This document shows positions 50,955 to 64,000 of a stretch of DNA of 64,000 nucleotides, one piece after another. The translations under genes were made by a program, and so were the position numbers. Numbering within the stretch: position 1 is the first letter of the stretch; each line of letters opens with the position of its first letter. Source of the stretch: Phoronis australis (taxonomy: Eukaryota > Animalia > Phoronida); the NCBI GenBank assembly GCA_002633005.1, contig NMRA01000202.1, forward strand, positions 353,516-417,515. Reading direction: 5' to 3'. The notes below the pieces were generated by a model. It was not told the origin of the DNA, did not search any database, and was given only the letters and a program-made list of their open reading frames with translations.

Positions 50955-52579
50955 TTGAAGTAGAATGCCACCCAAAAAACAACCTATTTTGTATCAATTT
51001 AGATCGAGTAGTTCCACTCGATAACAGCAAGTTCAGTTGTTTTACCTGACACCTAACGGCAGACGGTGGTATTGAAATTAACCAATGACGTAATCGGTTC
51101 GAACTCAGTCTGTTCAGCCGTTCACAGCACGCTTACTGGTGTCAACTTATCACTTGAATTATCGTGTTACACCAATAAATCATCAAAATTCGATGTAAAC
51201 CCCTTACAAATACATCGAGGTGTTGTTTATTTCACTGTTACGGATTTATAGGTATTTGAATGTTCCGTAGCCTACAGAGTTCGCCGTAAGCCAATTTACC
51301 ATGGTCGATCGCGGGAGTTTGAGTCTGTTTGGTGATACGTTTGAATCATTCTTCCGCGAAATACAGACGGGGGAGCATAGGTGTGTGTTGTACGTTTAGA
51401 CTTAAGATTTTTTCAGTTCTAAACACACAAAACGCTTGTGGCTCGGAACCCGATCAGGCCCGTCGCGGCCGGCCGGGGACATGACACTCACGAACATAAA
51501 CCAGCTTAAATTGGAAACTAAACCGCCAGGCACGAAAAGACTATAACAGAGAGCCAAAGAAATAATGTGCACGTAATTATTTAGGTGAATAAGCCACGAA
51601 ACTGAAAATCTACTTACTTGTCGGGGGCCGCGAAATCAGGTTCCCCTTCAGTCCACAGAACCCGTTGTACAGTAACAATGATTTGAATAATATTCCCCTA
51701 ACATGTGACCATAATATATAAAATCGACTTATTGTTTCACGACAGCTTTTTGTCAGCAATCACTGGATTAGCATGCGCTCACACGGCCTCGGTGCCCGGT
51801 CAATTACCTTTATTGCATCTAATTCCGGTGACGTAGTGGTTTATTCACTGCTGGCTTCTCAAAACATTTGAACTCATGAATACTCCAAAGGCATCATAAA
51901 TTGTATCTATTGAGACAGAATTTGTTTCAGTTTTTATAAGCATTGGTTAGGGTGAGAATAATTCAGAACGAAACAGAACGCAGAATAATAAACGTCTACA
52001 TGGCAATTCTCCCGGCGCCAATCCCGACTTAAGTCAAGAGCTCATCCGACAAAGACTTCACGGGTCGGATCATTAGGTTTCACAGGCTATCAGTTCAAAC
52101 CGAAATACACCGTCAAGAAATACTAGATAGGCTTCGTGAACATGTACAGGCAACGGAAAGTATGGATAGTTTTTTGGTAAGCCGGAATTCGTCAGAGAAT
52201 TCACTGCCGACGAAATGCCGGCCACAGACACGGAGATGTTTCACGGCCTCACATTAATGGCTATTAACAGCATACTTTTCATTCTTCACTACCGCAAGCC
52301 ACTACCTAAGCATTTTGGGCTCTCGAGGAAGTCTAAAAAACGATATACCCGCTTTCTTCGCAGCTTCATACTTCGGACAAGCGGGAACTATGCACCTCGA
52401 TATAGCGACATTCACTCTGCAGACGAACCACTGACGTGGCTGCGTAGTTTCTCACCTTCCTCACAGGTTAACGCGACACCTCTTGGCAAGGTGAGGTCGA
52501 CTGTATAAGAGGCGATGTGGATATTGACCAATTAAGACGATAAAAAAGACTAATTAAATCGGGCAGCATTATCCTTTAA
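50955..52579 (-). mobile_element. Kolobok-like family A copy 2 (inverted relative to copy 1, more decayed)
   Basis: Colinear reverse-complement similarity to 25504-27000 along its length. Ends TTGAAGTAGAATGCCACCC and GCATTATCCTTTAA. Confidence 0.88.
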
Positions 52580-55129
52580 TACTGCTTTTGAAGTTGTAAA
52601 AAAAAACGTACAACCAAACTGGCGATGTTGCTGGACAACTTGATAAAACATTTGCATATCTTTTATGTGTCTAATTGGAAAGTGATTGTTTTCCAAAACC
52701 GCCATTACATTTACACGAGAAAGTGTTAAAGATTTTTAGAATTTTACTTCCAGATTTTCCCACCCTGTTAATCAAGAACGTTCTAACAGTTACTTACATC
52801 AGCTCTCGAAATTTTTTTATTATTACAATAGTTTGGTTATCAAAACTGAAATTAAAATAAATTGAAATAAAAATATTTGGCGAGTTTGGCCATTGTGTAG
52901 TTCCCAGACGTTACTGACCCGTTGTCCTGGTAGCAAGGTTTAACCAAATCTATACGCTAGAGGAACTCCAAAAATCCAACATGGATTTACAAAAGGGATT
53001 AAAGAGTTCTTAAATGGAACATACTTCACAAGGTGACACAAATGTATGATTATGTAGATTGGGTTAAATATGATGGCTGCCAATGATGACACTGAACGTA
53101 CACTCACATTTTATTACGGTAAAAATCAAAAAGATTGGAACTAGAGTTTTAAAAAGTGGGACGTGTACGTAATTTGGCAGCAGAAAGGTTCTCTCCCACT
53201 AATCTTACAAAAATCACTTATGTGAAAACAGCTACCGGTATCAATAATACACTGCAATGTTTCTTGCATTGGATATCAACAGATAGGTAAGACTTGGCGA
53301 TGCGATATAAATTATGTGTAATGTTATATACAGTAGCTCTGGTCAAAGCTAATGACTTCCACAAGTCGAGAGTCGCTTTGTGTCGAAACTTTGCTGTGGT
53401 AACCATTGACTTCGGTTATGAAACTGCATGAAAAAGCTGGCTCTAAGAGCTAATGAAAGATTTTAGCCCTTATGTATTTGTTTGACCTTTTAGAGTCCTT
53501 AATAGGCCAAGGTTAAATATTATACATGTATATAGTAAGTTTACAATATCACATGTTGTCCCGATACCACGGTTCGACTGTTAATGAATTGTTGAAATGC
53601 CCAATACTATTGCTTGATATTTGCATTTTTAATGGTTGTTGGGATAATCATACATCTGTCGCAAATGCGGATTAAGGTACTTTGCACGTAATGAGCTATT
53701 CACGAATCTGGCCATGTTCCGAGCATGTAAAGCGGCAGTGTCTAACAGTCCACGCGTTAATTTATGCCTACGTGTAATTAGTAACACTCTAACTTGTTCT
53801 GTGGAAAGCATCAACTTTCTTGCCTAGCTTTTGTTAGAGTCCTGATAGTCTTCAATGCACCAATTATTAGTTTTTGACCTGCTCAGTGTGAGATTGTTAT
53901 GTGTCCTATATTCTTTTCACGCTGAAGCATCGTCAGCTAATGTACTTTGAATACACAATGAATTAATCGCAGAAAATAGATAATCTTATCCATTATTCTA
54001 CATAAATTGTCACGTTCCTCTACTTGAACATCAAAATCAATACGAGGAACGATTTGAAACATGGTAATCAGTAGTTCTCGATGTCTCTGCTGCTCCTAAG
54101 ATATAACAATATATTTGAAAAAGGTGTTCACATATTTCTGTTTATGAGCCGCAACGAATCCTTTTGAGCTCAGTTTCAAAGACAAGGCACATTTGAAGAT
54201 ATCAACTGCTGTCTGGGGTCAAACTCAACAGTGTTGCTAAAATGCGGGTTTTACGATCATTTGATAATTCGAAATTGTTATTGCTCCGATTTAATTGTAA
54301 CTGTATATTTATAAAGACGTCATCACGATGAAACCACGGAACTCGTGACTGCTCAGAATTTATGTCACTATAAGATGACAGGCCGGCAGAATTTCATTAT
54401 CGTGGATCCCGAAGCATAAATGCTACTGAATAAAATTAACAGATCCGGAAAATTCAATAAGCAACGCACTTTTTTAATTTTTCAATTCAAAAATCGAGAT
54501 CCAGATAATTAATTTATTGCATAACAGAATGAAACTGAAAAAACCTCGACATGTGTCGTCATAAATTCACTGCAGCCAACGACACTCCTCTTTAAAGATG
54601 GTAGGCCTTGGTTCGGTAGATAAGCGTGCATTCGGCCTCATGTGCATGTAACCTGCAATAGATTCCTTAATTGGAAATTTACTGAGTTCCTTGTCAAATT
54701 TGTTGTAGTTCATTTACGCATTCTAAAAGGATAAATGGAATTCATAAAACATCATATATTTGTTATTTTGTCTTTAATTTTCTGTACCCCTTCAATTATT
54801 CGGAGTTAATTTACACTTAAACGGTTCTAAGCTTGCTTTAACCAGTGCATTACGAAGACAATACTGTTGATCTAAAAGTATAAGAGAAGGTTCGTCATAA
54901 TTTCCGGAGGAAATAAGTAAAGTTGTTCAATACTCAGAGTGCGTGCTAGCTGCTTCTCGCGTTTCGAATTGCACTCTACGGTCCTTTGTCAAACGGTGCG
55001 TGTCGTTTTCCGCGTATTTTTGGCCCGGATGTAGTACAGCATTGTATATGGGAGTAAAGTGGAGTCCCTGGTCACAATTCATCAATACCTTCATGAAGCC
55101 ATGAGCACCTTGAGAAGCCAGCTCCAGCT

Positions 55130-55440
55130 AGTTCAGCCCATAGTTCCGTTTTCCAAGCAGAGGCTTTGCAGTTTCTAAAGTTGCAAAGAAACTGCTCGAA
55201 AAGGAAATCCAAAGTAAATCTGTAGTTATCCTGTCGTCTGATAACCAGGCAGCTATTAAAGCCTTAAAAGTTGCGAAGTCACGCGATGTTCAGCAATGTG
55301 TCGCTAACATTAATAAGTTAGGTTCATACATGTATAACCAATCCCATTTGCCTGGACGCCTGGACACAATGGCACCCAGGGTAATGAGATGAGTGATATT
55401 AAAGCACAGTGTCTGTTGCTATGGGCCTGTACGTAGAAAG
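55130..55440 (+). mobile_element. RNase H remnant of a non-LTR retrotransposon
   Basis: SSVFQAE, VVILSSDNQAAIKALK and AWTPGHNGTQGNEMSDIKA (cf. W.PGH.G..GNE.AD..A), frameshifted. Confidence 0.75.
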
Positions 55441-56774
55441 CCTAAGTAACGTCTCGGCCTTTCTTTATTTCGCAAAATTCCGACACCACTGCCCTCTTAT
55501 TTTTATTAGTTAACCCCATGGATCCTACTCCGGTTGATCCCCAGGGCTGCGTGTTGCCAACCCTCGGCACCAGAGTCAACTCATAACAAACGGGACAAAC
55601 CGGAGTAATTCCACTGGATACACTGATCACGTCAAGATCTTTACTAAAGAAGAACACTGGTACTTTAGGAATTATAAAGAGGTCATCTTTGTTAAAACTA
55701 AAACCCCTGTCATGAATTGTGGCCTGGGATTTCAAGATCCTCGCATAAACGACGCTGCATTACAACCCGCCAATCGTAGGCAAAATGGCCGTGACTGTAG
55801 GGTGCAGTTCGAAGCGTCGGAAACAGCTTGCGCGCTGACCCTGAGTAAGTGAACTACTTTACTTAATAATTATATTGTTGAGGTAACCGCTTTGCGTCTT
55901 GTTGCGATGCGTTTTGCAGTGCCTTCATGTGACCAGAGTAGCGCTATAATTGTCAACGCCAAGACACAACCAGGAATTTCTGGAGTAGAAGGAATTCTCG
56001 AGTCAATTGCCCGATGTTAACAGCAGTCGAGGGGTCCTGGTCGTTTCTGTCGGAAAGGATTCTGCTGCTGATCAAAATCAGCGTTGAGTGAATGGATTAC
56101 AATATGCAACGTTTTTCAATAAGATTTCTGCAGGTGCTCATACACTGGTATAAATTCAAAAATCAATGTTTCCTCATAGTCTGCGATGGGTAGAACAGCA
56201 CTCACCCTCGCGACCATCTCCAGCACACGCCTTCGCGCAGGCGCTAAATATGTTATAGACTGCTCCTTCTGAGACGCCGTAGCAGCTAGTTTCTACTTAT
56301 ATAAATACTACAATTTAACAAATATTTTTCTACTGAAAAGAGCATGACTGGCGTTAATTTTTGGACAAAATCCAACAATTACTACCGCCTCTATGGTGGT
56401 CTTCAGGACATTATTGATAACAATTTATAAAGAGAATGCGTGAGTCATTATTAACCCAAATAAGCCAGTTCGGTTTTTTGTTTATTAATTATAAACTTTT
56501 TTATTTGAATGTGTAAGCTAAATACTTGTTCATTGAATTGAATCAAAGTAAAATAATTTTTGTTATGAACAAGGATTAAAAACACCCCCTCAACAGGCTT
56601 TCTGTACACTTTAGGTAATTCAAGTTGTGGAAAACGTTATATGCATCCCAAAATGTGACTGAAGCTTAGCAACGTGACCTGACAGCTTAGAAATGGACTA
56701 GTGTCACAATTTTATAAACTGCTCTTTTTTCATGGTTGAATGTAAGGTCTTTCATTAGGCAACTATAAGGGTTC

Positions 56775-57108
56775 TAGGCAATGACCATCGCCTCTGTTCT
56801 CCCGAACCAGAGGCGATGCAGAGGCTATAGGCGCTCTGTACGCCGGAAGCTTTTCGGCGAATTATGCCTCGCACCGACTAAACCATCAAAGTCACGTTGT
56901 TATAAATACCTTTTGCGCATAGAGGAACACCTTAGGAGGTTGTCGATGTGTTTAAGTCCTTCCAACTCGAACAAATACTCCCGTTATGAAACTTTTTCTT
57001 CGATCAAGGTATTTATAACAACGTGACTTTGATGGTTTAGTCGGTGCGAGGCATAATTCGCCGAAAAGCTTCCGGCGTACAGAGCGCCTATTGCCTCTGC
57101 ATCGCCTC
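56775..57108. mobile_element. Young palindromic MITE with 9-bp flanking direct repeat (MULE-like)
   Basis: TAAGGGTTC at 56766-56774 and 57109-57117. ~100-bp arms (56809-56912 and 57006-57109) with a single visible mismatch. Confidence 0.8.
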
Positions 57109-58413
57109 TAAGGGTTCAAGAGTCTATATCAAAAAGCGACAACAAAAATCCACGTACTTGCAACTTTTTAGCGTTTTCTTGCTCCCCGAATTTGTTTTGG
57201 TTATATGTTCAATCAAACTTCCCCCATATACTTGTTTAACAATATTGAAGTAAACAAGTTAGTCACCAGTAGTCATTCACAGACCAAGGTCGTGAGCCAT
57301 ATGGTCTAACTGTGTATTGCTTCAACATTCATAGTTCCTGGAATCCCATACACAATAGTCTGTACCCTGCATGTCTTTTATTTGACCTGCAGCCACTTAA
57401 GATATGCGCTGAGACTGATTGGTACATGACAGTGGAGACATCACAAGATAGAATCAAAATACCCCAAAAAATTGAAATGACTATGTATGTACTCACAGTG
57501 CTCAATGCTCATTAAGTATTAGTAACATTTACACCTGCAATCACTAATTGGTAATTCATTTCATGTTATGTCAGTGTCTGTTTCATTAGCTTTTGACACC
57601 AAGGGTACTTGATACGTTTTCGGTATTTAATGGATTGAAGACAAGAAAGTGTTTCAAATGTGCCGAGCTGTAAACAATAGTTTGCCTACATAAATAGGAA
57701 AAGGTGGCAAAATCCGAAAGAATTTACCATCTCTCATCAGGAATAAAATCGTACTTATGTTTGATTCTCATAACAGCATTACGCTAAGTTAAAGTATATA
57801 CCCTTACCATGGACTTAAAAGTGGCAATCCTAGGCAGTCCGCAAAAGTTGAACTCTGGGGCTTTTTAAGAACTTTCTATCAATAAAAGCAATTTGGTTGT
57901 GGTAAAAAGCCCATTTGGTCAGTAAAATTAAAACGGACTAAACAGAAAGGAAAGCTCAAAACTCCACAAAAACAACGCTTTACCAATGTTTTCATGGATA
58001 ATAAGCTACAGATGCCATTTAAAATCTTATTGTTGAAGAAAAAGAGTACCATACTCTATATGAAAATAAGCCCCTTAAAACAGATGTATAGGCCAGAATA
58101 TTCTCATTAACAACTAACCATTTTTAGTTCGTTTAAATTTGTTTTGGTTAATTGATCTTCTTGTCATCACTCTTAAAATCACCCGGCCATATGTTCCTGC
58201 CAGGGATGACGTTTTTCAAATTATTCTTGTTGTTACTAAGTTGTTTCTTTATTGAATGCTGTCGTGAAATCCATGTTCATTTTAAAATTTCTTTAAAGGT
58301 ACCACGTAGCATACTACTATTTAGCTAACAGATTTCAGACGGTAATTATCTTTGTGTCAACTTGATTTGTTTTATATGAGCAACTTCTATGTCCCTTCCA
58401 GTATTCACACGAT

Positions 58414-61400
58414 TAGTCGGTGGGCCAGATCTCATACCGTTCATCCTTGTGAGTAGCCTACTTTGGGAGGGCAACCTAGTTTTTTCTATGTGGCTAGATA
58501 ATATACCTATAAATCAAATTCCAAAAAGTTCCCACGTCTACACTTGCACATTTTTTAAAAAAGGTGTTCTTTAAAAAAGGTGTTTTTGTTGCACAAAATA
58601 TGATGCACATTCCTGGCACTTGGTGGCGCTTTTCTATTGAATTGACCAATCAGAGAGCCAGATTGTATTGTTGTGCTTAGTTACTTCAATATGGCTGCTC
58701 CCATGGAGTGTGATGCCTGTATAATTCAAGGTTTATCAAACAGCACAAAATTGTGATGTCAGAGCCTAAAGAAGCTTAGGAAAGCTTCCTGACGAAAGCT
58801 GATGGACTGTGGAACTCTGTAGATCAGTAGATCAAAAAGAAGAAGAGGTGTCACAAATGTTTATGCAGAAAACAGCTGCATGTCCTGGTGTAGCCTACAC
58901 AGCATATTGCTGAGTGCTGTTGACTAGAAGACCAAGTGTCAGACCAAAAAATTGAAAGGACATAGAACGGCATAGCAACGTTTCAAGGCACCAACAGTAG
59001 TACTACAGCTGAAGTTGCTGAAAGTGATACGGATGTTATCCAAGATTTCCCAAGAAAATCAATTATTCTTCCAACATCTGAAACACTCAATTAACCTGAA
59101 CAAGATAGGAACATTCTGAAACATGAGTGCATCATATGTTAGCTGCAAAAGTATATTATGAACCATATTTCAAGAAAGAGAAAGAAGTATAGCTTTCAAA
59201 AACAGGTACGTGTTATTGAAAAGTATATCTTGGTGTTTTCCATGTGTGTTTCAGTATTATCACCTGTTGTTTTTTTAACTTGTTCAGCCCCTTGGCTGCC
59301 TAGGCCTTAGACAATACCGCTGACCCAGTAGATACGATGATCATAACATAGGTACTCCATATGCCGGATGCTTTTCGGCAAATTATGTTCCTATAAGTTT
59401 AGAAGTACCGTATAGAGAGATGTCTCTGAGGAGGTCGTTAATGTTTTCATTTGTTCCCAGTTTAAACAAATACTCCTGCAATCCTGTTTTTCAAACACCT
59501 CACTGTTCAGTTGCCACATCGACACCGTTTGCGCTAAGGGATAATCCTATGGCGTTATACTCTGAGTGTGATTTTAAAGCACTTTAAGTCAAAAATTTTT
59601 GAGAAGCTTAGTTGGAGTAGATGGTTGCAAACAACATGCCAGAGTGGCCGTCATCCCCTGCCGTAGTCCTGGGATAGGGGGAAACTCTTCTCAATTTTTT
59701 GTAAACATTACTTACTTAGGTAGTTGCAATGATAATTAAATTAAAGTGCCTAAGTAGCCATCGTCGCCGTCGAAATTTGAAGACGATGGAAGCCACTGTC
59801 CATTTCGTCAAACGTCGATTACCTTAAGTGTAAATCGATTGACTATGGTTTGAGCATCTGATTTAAAAAAATTAAATTTCAATCCCTGCACTGGTATATC
59901 AGCTGATTTATTTTCAGTTGCATCAACTAATCTAATTATTAGACGATCAACATTTTTAGGCTACAGATGAGACGGCATGTAAATTTGTTAGGCTGGTGGT
60001 GGATCAGTTCCTGATAAGTCCGTCTGAAAAAGTTGCATGCCAACTCACTCATAGTTGAATGTTTTTTTCAGTTGGACTTGTATAGCAAGCAACAGCTCAG
60101 TCCAGAGCCCTGAATATGCAAATGAAATTCAAAGATAAAGACCTTGTGTCTTAGAAGCCAAGTACCACAGATCATCATGCTATAAAAAATAGAAAGACAA
60201 CGATTGTGAAGAGTGACGAATCCACAGTTTTCAGAGATGTTTTTCTACAGTTTTGTTTGGAGTTCATTGAATCAAAGCTTCTAACACAAGGAGATGTCAT
60301 TTGCTTTTCAAAACTAAAGCAAGACTTTGAAGCAGTTCTTCAGAAAGCTGGTGTGCATGAAGTTATTTGGACAGGCAATCTTAAGAAATATTTTTGAAGC
60401 TACTCACTGTTGCAATTTGTGCCCGACTAAGAGATACGAAAGTGAATTGAGGCTAGTGTTCAATAATTCACTTGCTGACTCTAATTAACACAGCCCATTA
60501 TAACATATTTTGAATCAAACGTTTGCCCAAATCCTGCCCGCCTCCAAAGAAGGGCTTAATGTTTGACCCTTCATTGCCTGAGGGCCAATCACCAGTGTGC
60601 AGTGCTGTGCCCTCTCTAATCGACCATAGATGGCTCCTTGGGGTGGAGCTTTGCAGTTAAAATGTATGGCAATGACCGCATCTCATTGACAGTACTAAAC
60701 GATGAACGCTGCAAGTGCAAAAAGAACATGTGTGCTGGGAAATTGAGTTTGTGCTGCAATGCTGGGTCAAACTGTACAGAAATGTGCAGCTGTGACAACT
60801 GTAGTAACATCAGCAACAGTGACTGCATAACATTGGATAGTTCTTTGACAAGTCAACCCTAAATAGACCTCCAGCCCCGTTATTTCGTTTTTTGTATTAA
60901 AAAGTTAATTTTATTTGTTGATTAAGTCATACTTTGATCATTGTCATGTTTTTATCTCATACTGCTTGATAAACGCTGTCAGAATAATCTATTATTTTCA
61001 TACAGTCTGTGTGCACATGCACAGAGATCATTCAACTATATTGTTTTTGTTCTATAACGTTTTTCTGGTGTATTATGCAAACAAGCTGTATTTTACACCA
61101 TTAGTCAATGTTTTAGTCATTGAGGCACAAATTTTGCCCAGTCTCAAGTGTTTTGTGTTATTTTTGTTGCCAGACAATGCCAGAATAACTTCCTAGTAAC
61201 ATTCAGATTTAGTTTGCATTTTTGCCACCAGGTGTCTCTTTACATTTTTTAAATTTCACTGTTTACAATTAATTTACAATAGTAAAACATGTAATGTGAG
61301 TGTAATATTGTTCAATACAATGGCACTGATGGGACCATATTAATTGTTTTACAGAAGTCACCAAACTGTTGTTTTTACAAATATAAGTTTACTAAGCTCT

Positions 61401-61584
61401 TTGGTGATTATTAAGTAACTTCAAACTCAAATTTCTCAAAAATGTGCAACTTTATATGTGGTAACTTTTTAGATTTTGAAAACACTCTAATAAATGAATT
61501 AAAAAACACCAAAATAAAATTGCCCCCTAAAGCACTCACAAAAACCAATTTCTAGAGGCCCTACAAATTCTGGTCCACCGACTA
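58414..61584 (+). mobile_element. Academ-like DNA transposon relic (internally deleted)
   Basis: GAT|TAGTCGGTGGGCCAGA ... TCTGGTCCACCGACTA|GAT (TAG..CTA termini, 3-bp TSD). Coding remnants ECIIC (~59125), EAKYHRSSCYKK (~60154) and a terminal Cys cluster CKCKKNMC...CCNAGSNCTEMCSCDNCSN (~60709-60808). Confidence 0.78.
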
Positions 61585-62466
61585 GATGTTTTGCTTATTT
61601 CTGTAGCAAACATGCTGACCTACTTCTCATTCATAGAAGCATTGCAAGAGACAAGATGATCATTAACGCGTGTGGCAGGAAAGGTGGTAGCTGCTTTCTG
61701 CATGACTTCGCACCACGATTTCGATTAAAACAGCAGAATGAAAAATGATGAGCGTTACCTAAACATGAACAGTGGAGCTTACAATCTCCAGCTGTGGTGA
61801 TTTGTGTTGTCCTGTTCCCAGCATGTTTCTCTCACTATGTACTGCCCATCGGGCCCAAATCAAACTTTAATTGAATATGAGCAGAATTCGACAGCTTAAT
61901 GCACGCACTTCACGAAGGCGAACATATTCCCTTTATATGTGAGCGATACTATGGTGGACGTTTTGTTTTATAATATCTTAAGCATTTACACGTTAGGAAA
62001 AAAATTAACGTTGTTAACTTCGTGTGATTGGAAATATTCTTATACATGTAACTACTACAAATTCATTCAGTGAATGAATGCGCTTATTTAATAAACCAAG
62101 TGAAAATTTATAAATAATTCCGATATTCATGTGGCCTGCAGAACAGCCATTGATTGTTCTAAAACTGATATCTGTGTATACACAACTTTACAAGTGTTTG
62201 TATGTGGTTTCTATTCTACATCACTTTGTTATGTTCAGTTTTACACTAGTGTACTTCTAAATGAATGATTATTGTTCTTCTGGGTCCATGTTGTTTTAGT
62301 TATTGTCTGCAGGTCTGCTGGATGTTAAAATTTGACAATGTATTCAGTTCCTGCAACTTTGGTTCTAATTGTCTCACATTAGATGTTTGGCAGTCTTTCT
62401 TGAATAAACATGCTGCGATGAAGAAATTGGGATTGTTTATTTTACATAAGCTTAATTAGTATTGAG

Positions 62467-62690
62467 CAGTGGCAGATCTACGTTTTCAGTAAGGGGGGTA
62501 GGACTTGCGCGAATCCGAAGCGCGTAGCACCGAGCGGGGGGAGGTCGGGAGGGTGTTTCTTCCCACCCGTGTAAGATGTTTTTGGTTTTCAGTATCTGAT
62601 TTCGTTTTCCTGGCGACAGTCTTTAATTTTTATTTTTAATCCTGTCCCGAGGGGGTTGAACTCCATGACCCCCCTGTAGGTCCGCCTCTG
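62467..62690. mobile_element. MITE-like element (CAGTGGCAGATCTAC...GTAGGTCCGCCTCTG)
   Basis: Imperfect TIRs. No clear TSD. Confidence 0.55.
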
Positions 62691-63686
62691 CGGTAGAACT
62701 ACGAGTGACATTTGGATTTATTGTTATTGCTTGGACCTTCCTGGGTTCTGGTTTGATCTGTAGGTTTTGAAATTTCTTAATTTACGTAAGACAATGCTTT
62801 GATTAACGTTTGCATGAAAAATAATGAGATTCTGAGCGTATGCATAAAATAGGTATTTCGGGTCTTCACTTGTCTCACTGGTCCATCTAGTATTATACAA
62901 TTCCTGGTGTTCACTTTACCACAGAAAGCTTGCTGTTTCTATAAACTGTGTGTCAGTTTGGGTCATATCCCTCAAAGTGTTTATTCAATGCAATTGGTCT
63001 TGAAAAGTAGTTCCATCCATTCAGTTGTGGTTTTCAGTAAGGGTCTGATGTGTCAGTCAGCAATTAGCCTGGTGTTTATTGTAGTTATATATCGTTTATG
63101 ATAAGGAACCTGAAAATTGTGAGACCGAACTTTCCTCATGGCTCGCAAATTGACTTGATGCCAAACAGGGATTCAAAAAAAGTTACCAATATTCTACATA
63201 GGCGATGAATGCAAGAATAATGTCGAAGCTTCGCCAAGTGTCATTGAATTTTGGCATAGTGTAAAGACCTTTTGAAACGACACAGCATATAATGTGCTTT
63301 TCCCACAGTAGACATTTGCTAGCTGTCAATTAAGAGGCAAGCGTAGTTCCACTAACGTGGTTTGTCTTCGCTAATTAAAGAGAATAAGGTACACCGTGCA
63401 CTGGTGCATGCATGGGTCAAGGATGTCAACGATTAAGTTCGAAAACAAATGTAATCTAAGATCTAAGGTCCACATGCGAACATTGGTGACTGTGAGGCAC
63501 TTGTTTGAACGAATGCAATGCACGCATTCTCAAAAAAACTGATTGGGTTGCTATGAAATTCACGTCTTTAATGAAATATGAGCACTTTCTATTAGCAACT
63601 TCCGGATTCACGCGTGCATTGCATGAAAGAGCGCAATGCACGCGTTCTCAAAATTGCATGTTGGCGTTCCATGGAACAGTATGAAC

Positions 63687-63826
63687 CAGGGGCGGATCCA
63701 GGATTTTTAGTTAGGGTGGGCCAGGGCAGAGTATTAGCCAGGACTTTCGCACCTCCCCCCAATTGTCAAATGGAATCTGGAAGTTTTTTTGGGGGGGAAC
63801 ATGGCTCCCCTCTGAATCCGCCTGTG
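63687..63826. mobile_element. Third copy of the 5-bp-TSD MITE family
   Basis: CAGGGGCGGATCCAGGATTTT...AGGGCAGAGTATTAGC...AATCCGCCTGTG. Flanks TGAAC/TTAAC (one mismatch). Confidence 0.75.
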
Positions 63827-64000
63827 TTAACGACCACTGCGAATGGATGAAGAAAAACAAAATACCATAAAAAAAAAATCATGTTTTGGAGTGACACCGT
63901 CTTTTGCGGCTTAAACCCCACATTCTACTTCTCTAAAATATTCAACACTGTAAATTAATAACGTTACAAATGGACAGGACAAATCTTACTCATTAGTTGT

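Noticed and set aside
54935-54995. Minus-strand TTTGACAAAGG...CGAAACGCG hammerhead-like motif (also ~1495-1525)
   Set aside because: The catalytic core and stems are too degenerate to support a ribozyme call.
60638-60862. Metallothionein or tesmin-like host gene
   Set aside because: It lies inside the TAG..CTA TIR element among frameshifted transposase fragments and has no ATG start.
438-63850. Remaining 60-130-aa ORFs in the track
   Set aside because: Many start at GTG/TTG, overlap repeats and show no domain features. They are expected by chance in eukaryotic non-coding DNA.

Overview
AT-rich genomic DNA from an invertebrate animal (GT-AG introns, dense decayed transposons, two N gap bases at 3673 and 45529). 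One host gene is recognisable: a minus-strand tachykinin-receptor-like class A GPCR. Four coding exons (14354-14742, 12491-12697, 7030-7183, 6227-6423) splice in frame from the N-terminus to the end of TM7. The exon for helix 8 and the C-tail was not found and probably lies left of the window. The rest is introns and about 49 kb of upstream DNA filled with mobile elements: (1) an ~11.6 kb TTAA-flanked Sola-like DNA transposon relic (18819-30401) with arrays of orientation-flipping palindromic units in its termini; (2) two unrelated families of TTAA-flanked Kolobok-like mini-elements that both keep a THAP-domain ORF converging on an acidic '[HY]xx[ED]P' ORF; (3) an Academ-like relic (58414-61584); (4) MITEs with 3-, 5-, 8- and 9-bp and TA target duplications; (5) LINE RT and RNase H fragments, satellites and microsatellites. 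No prokaryotic-type system or CRISPR array is supported. Family assignments rest on motifs read by eye and recalled knowledge, not on database searches.
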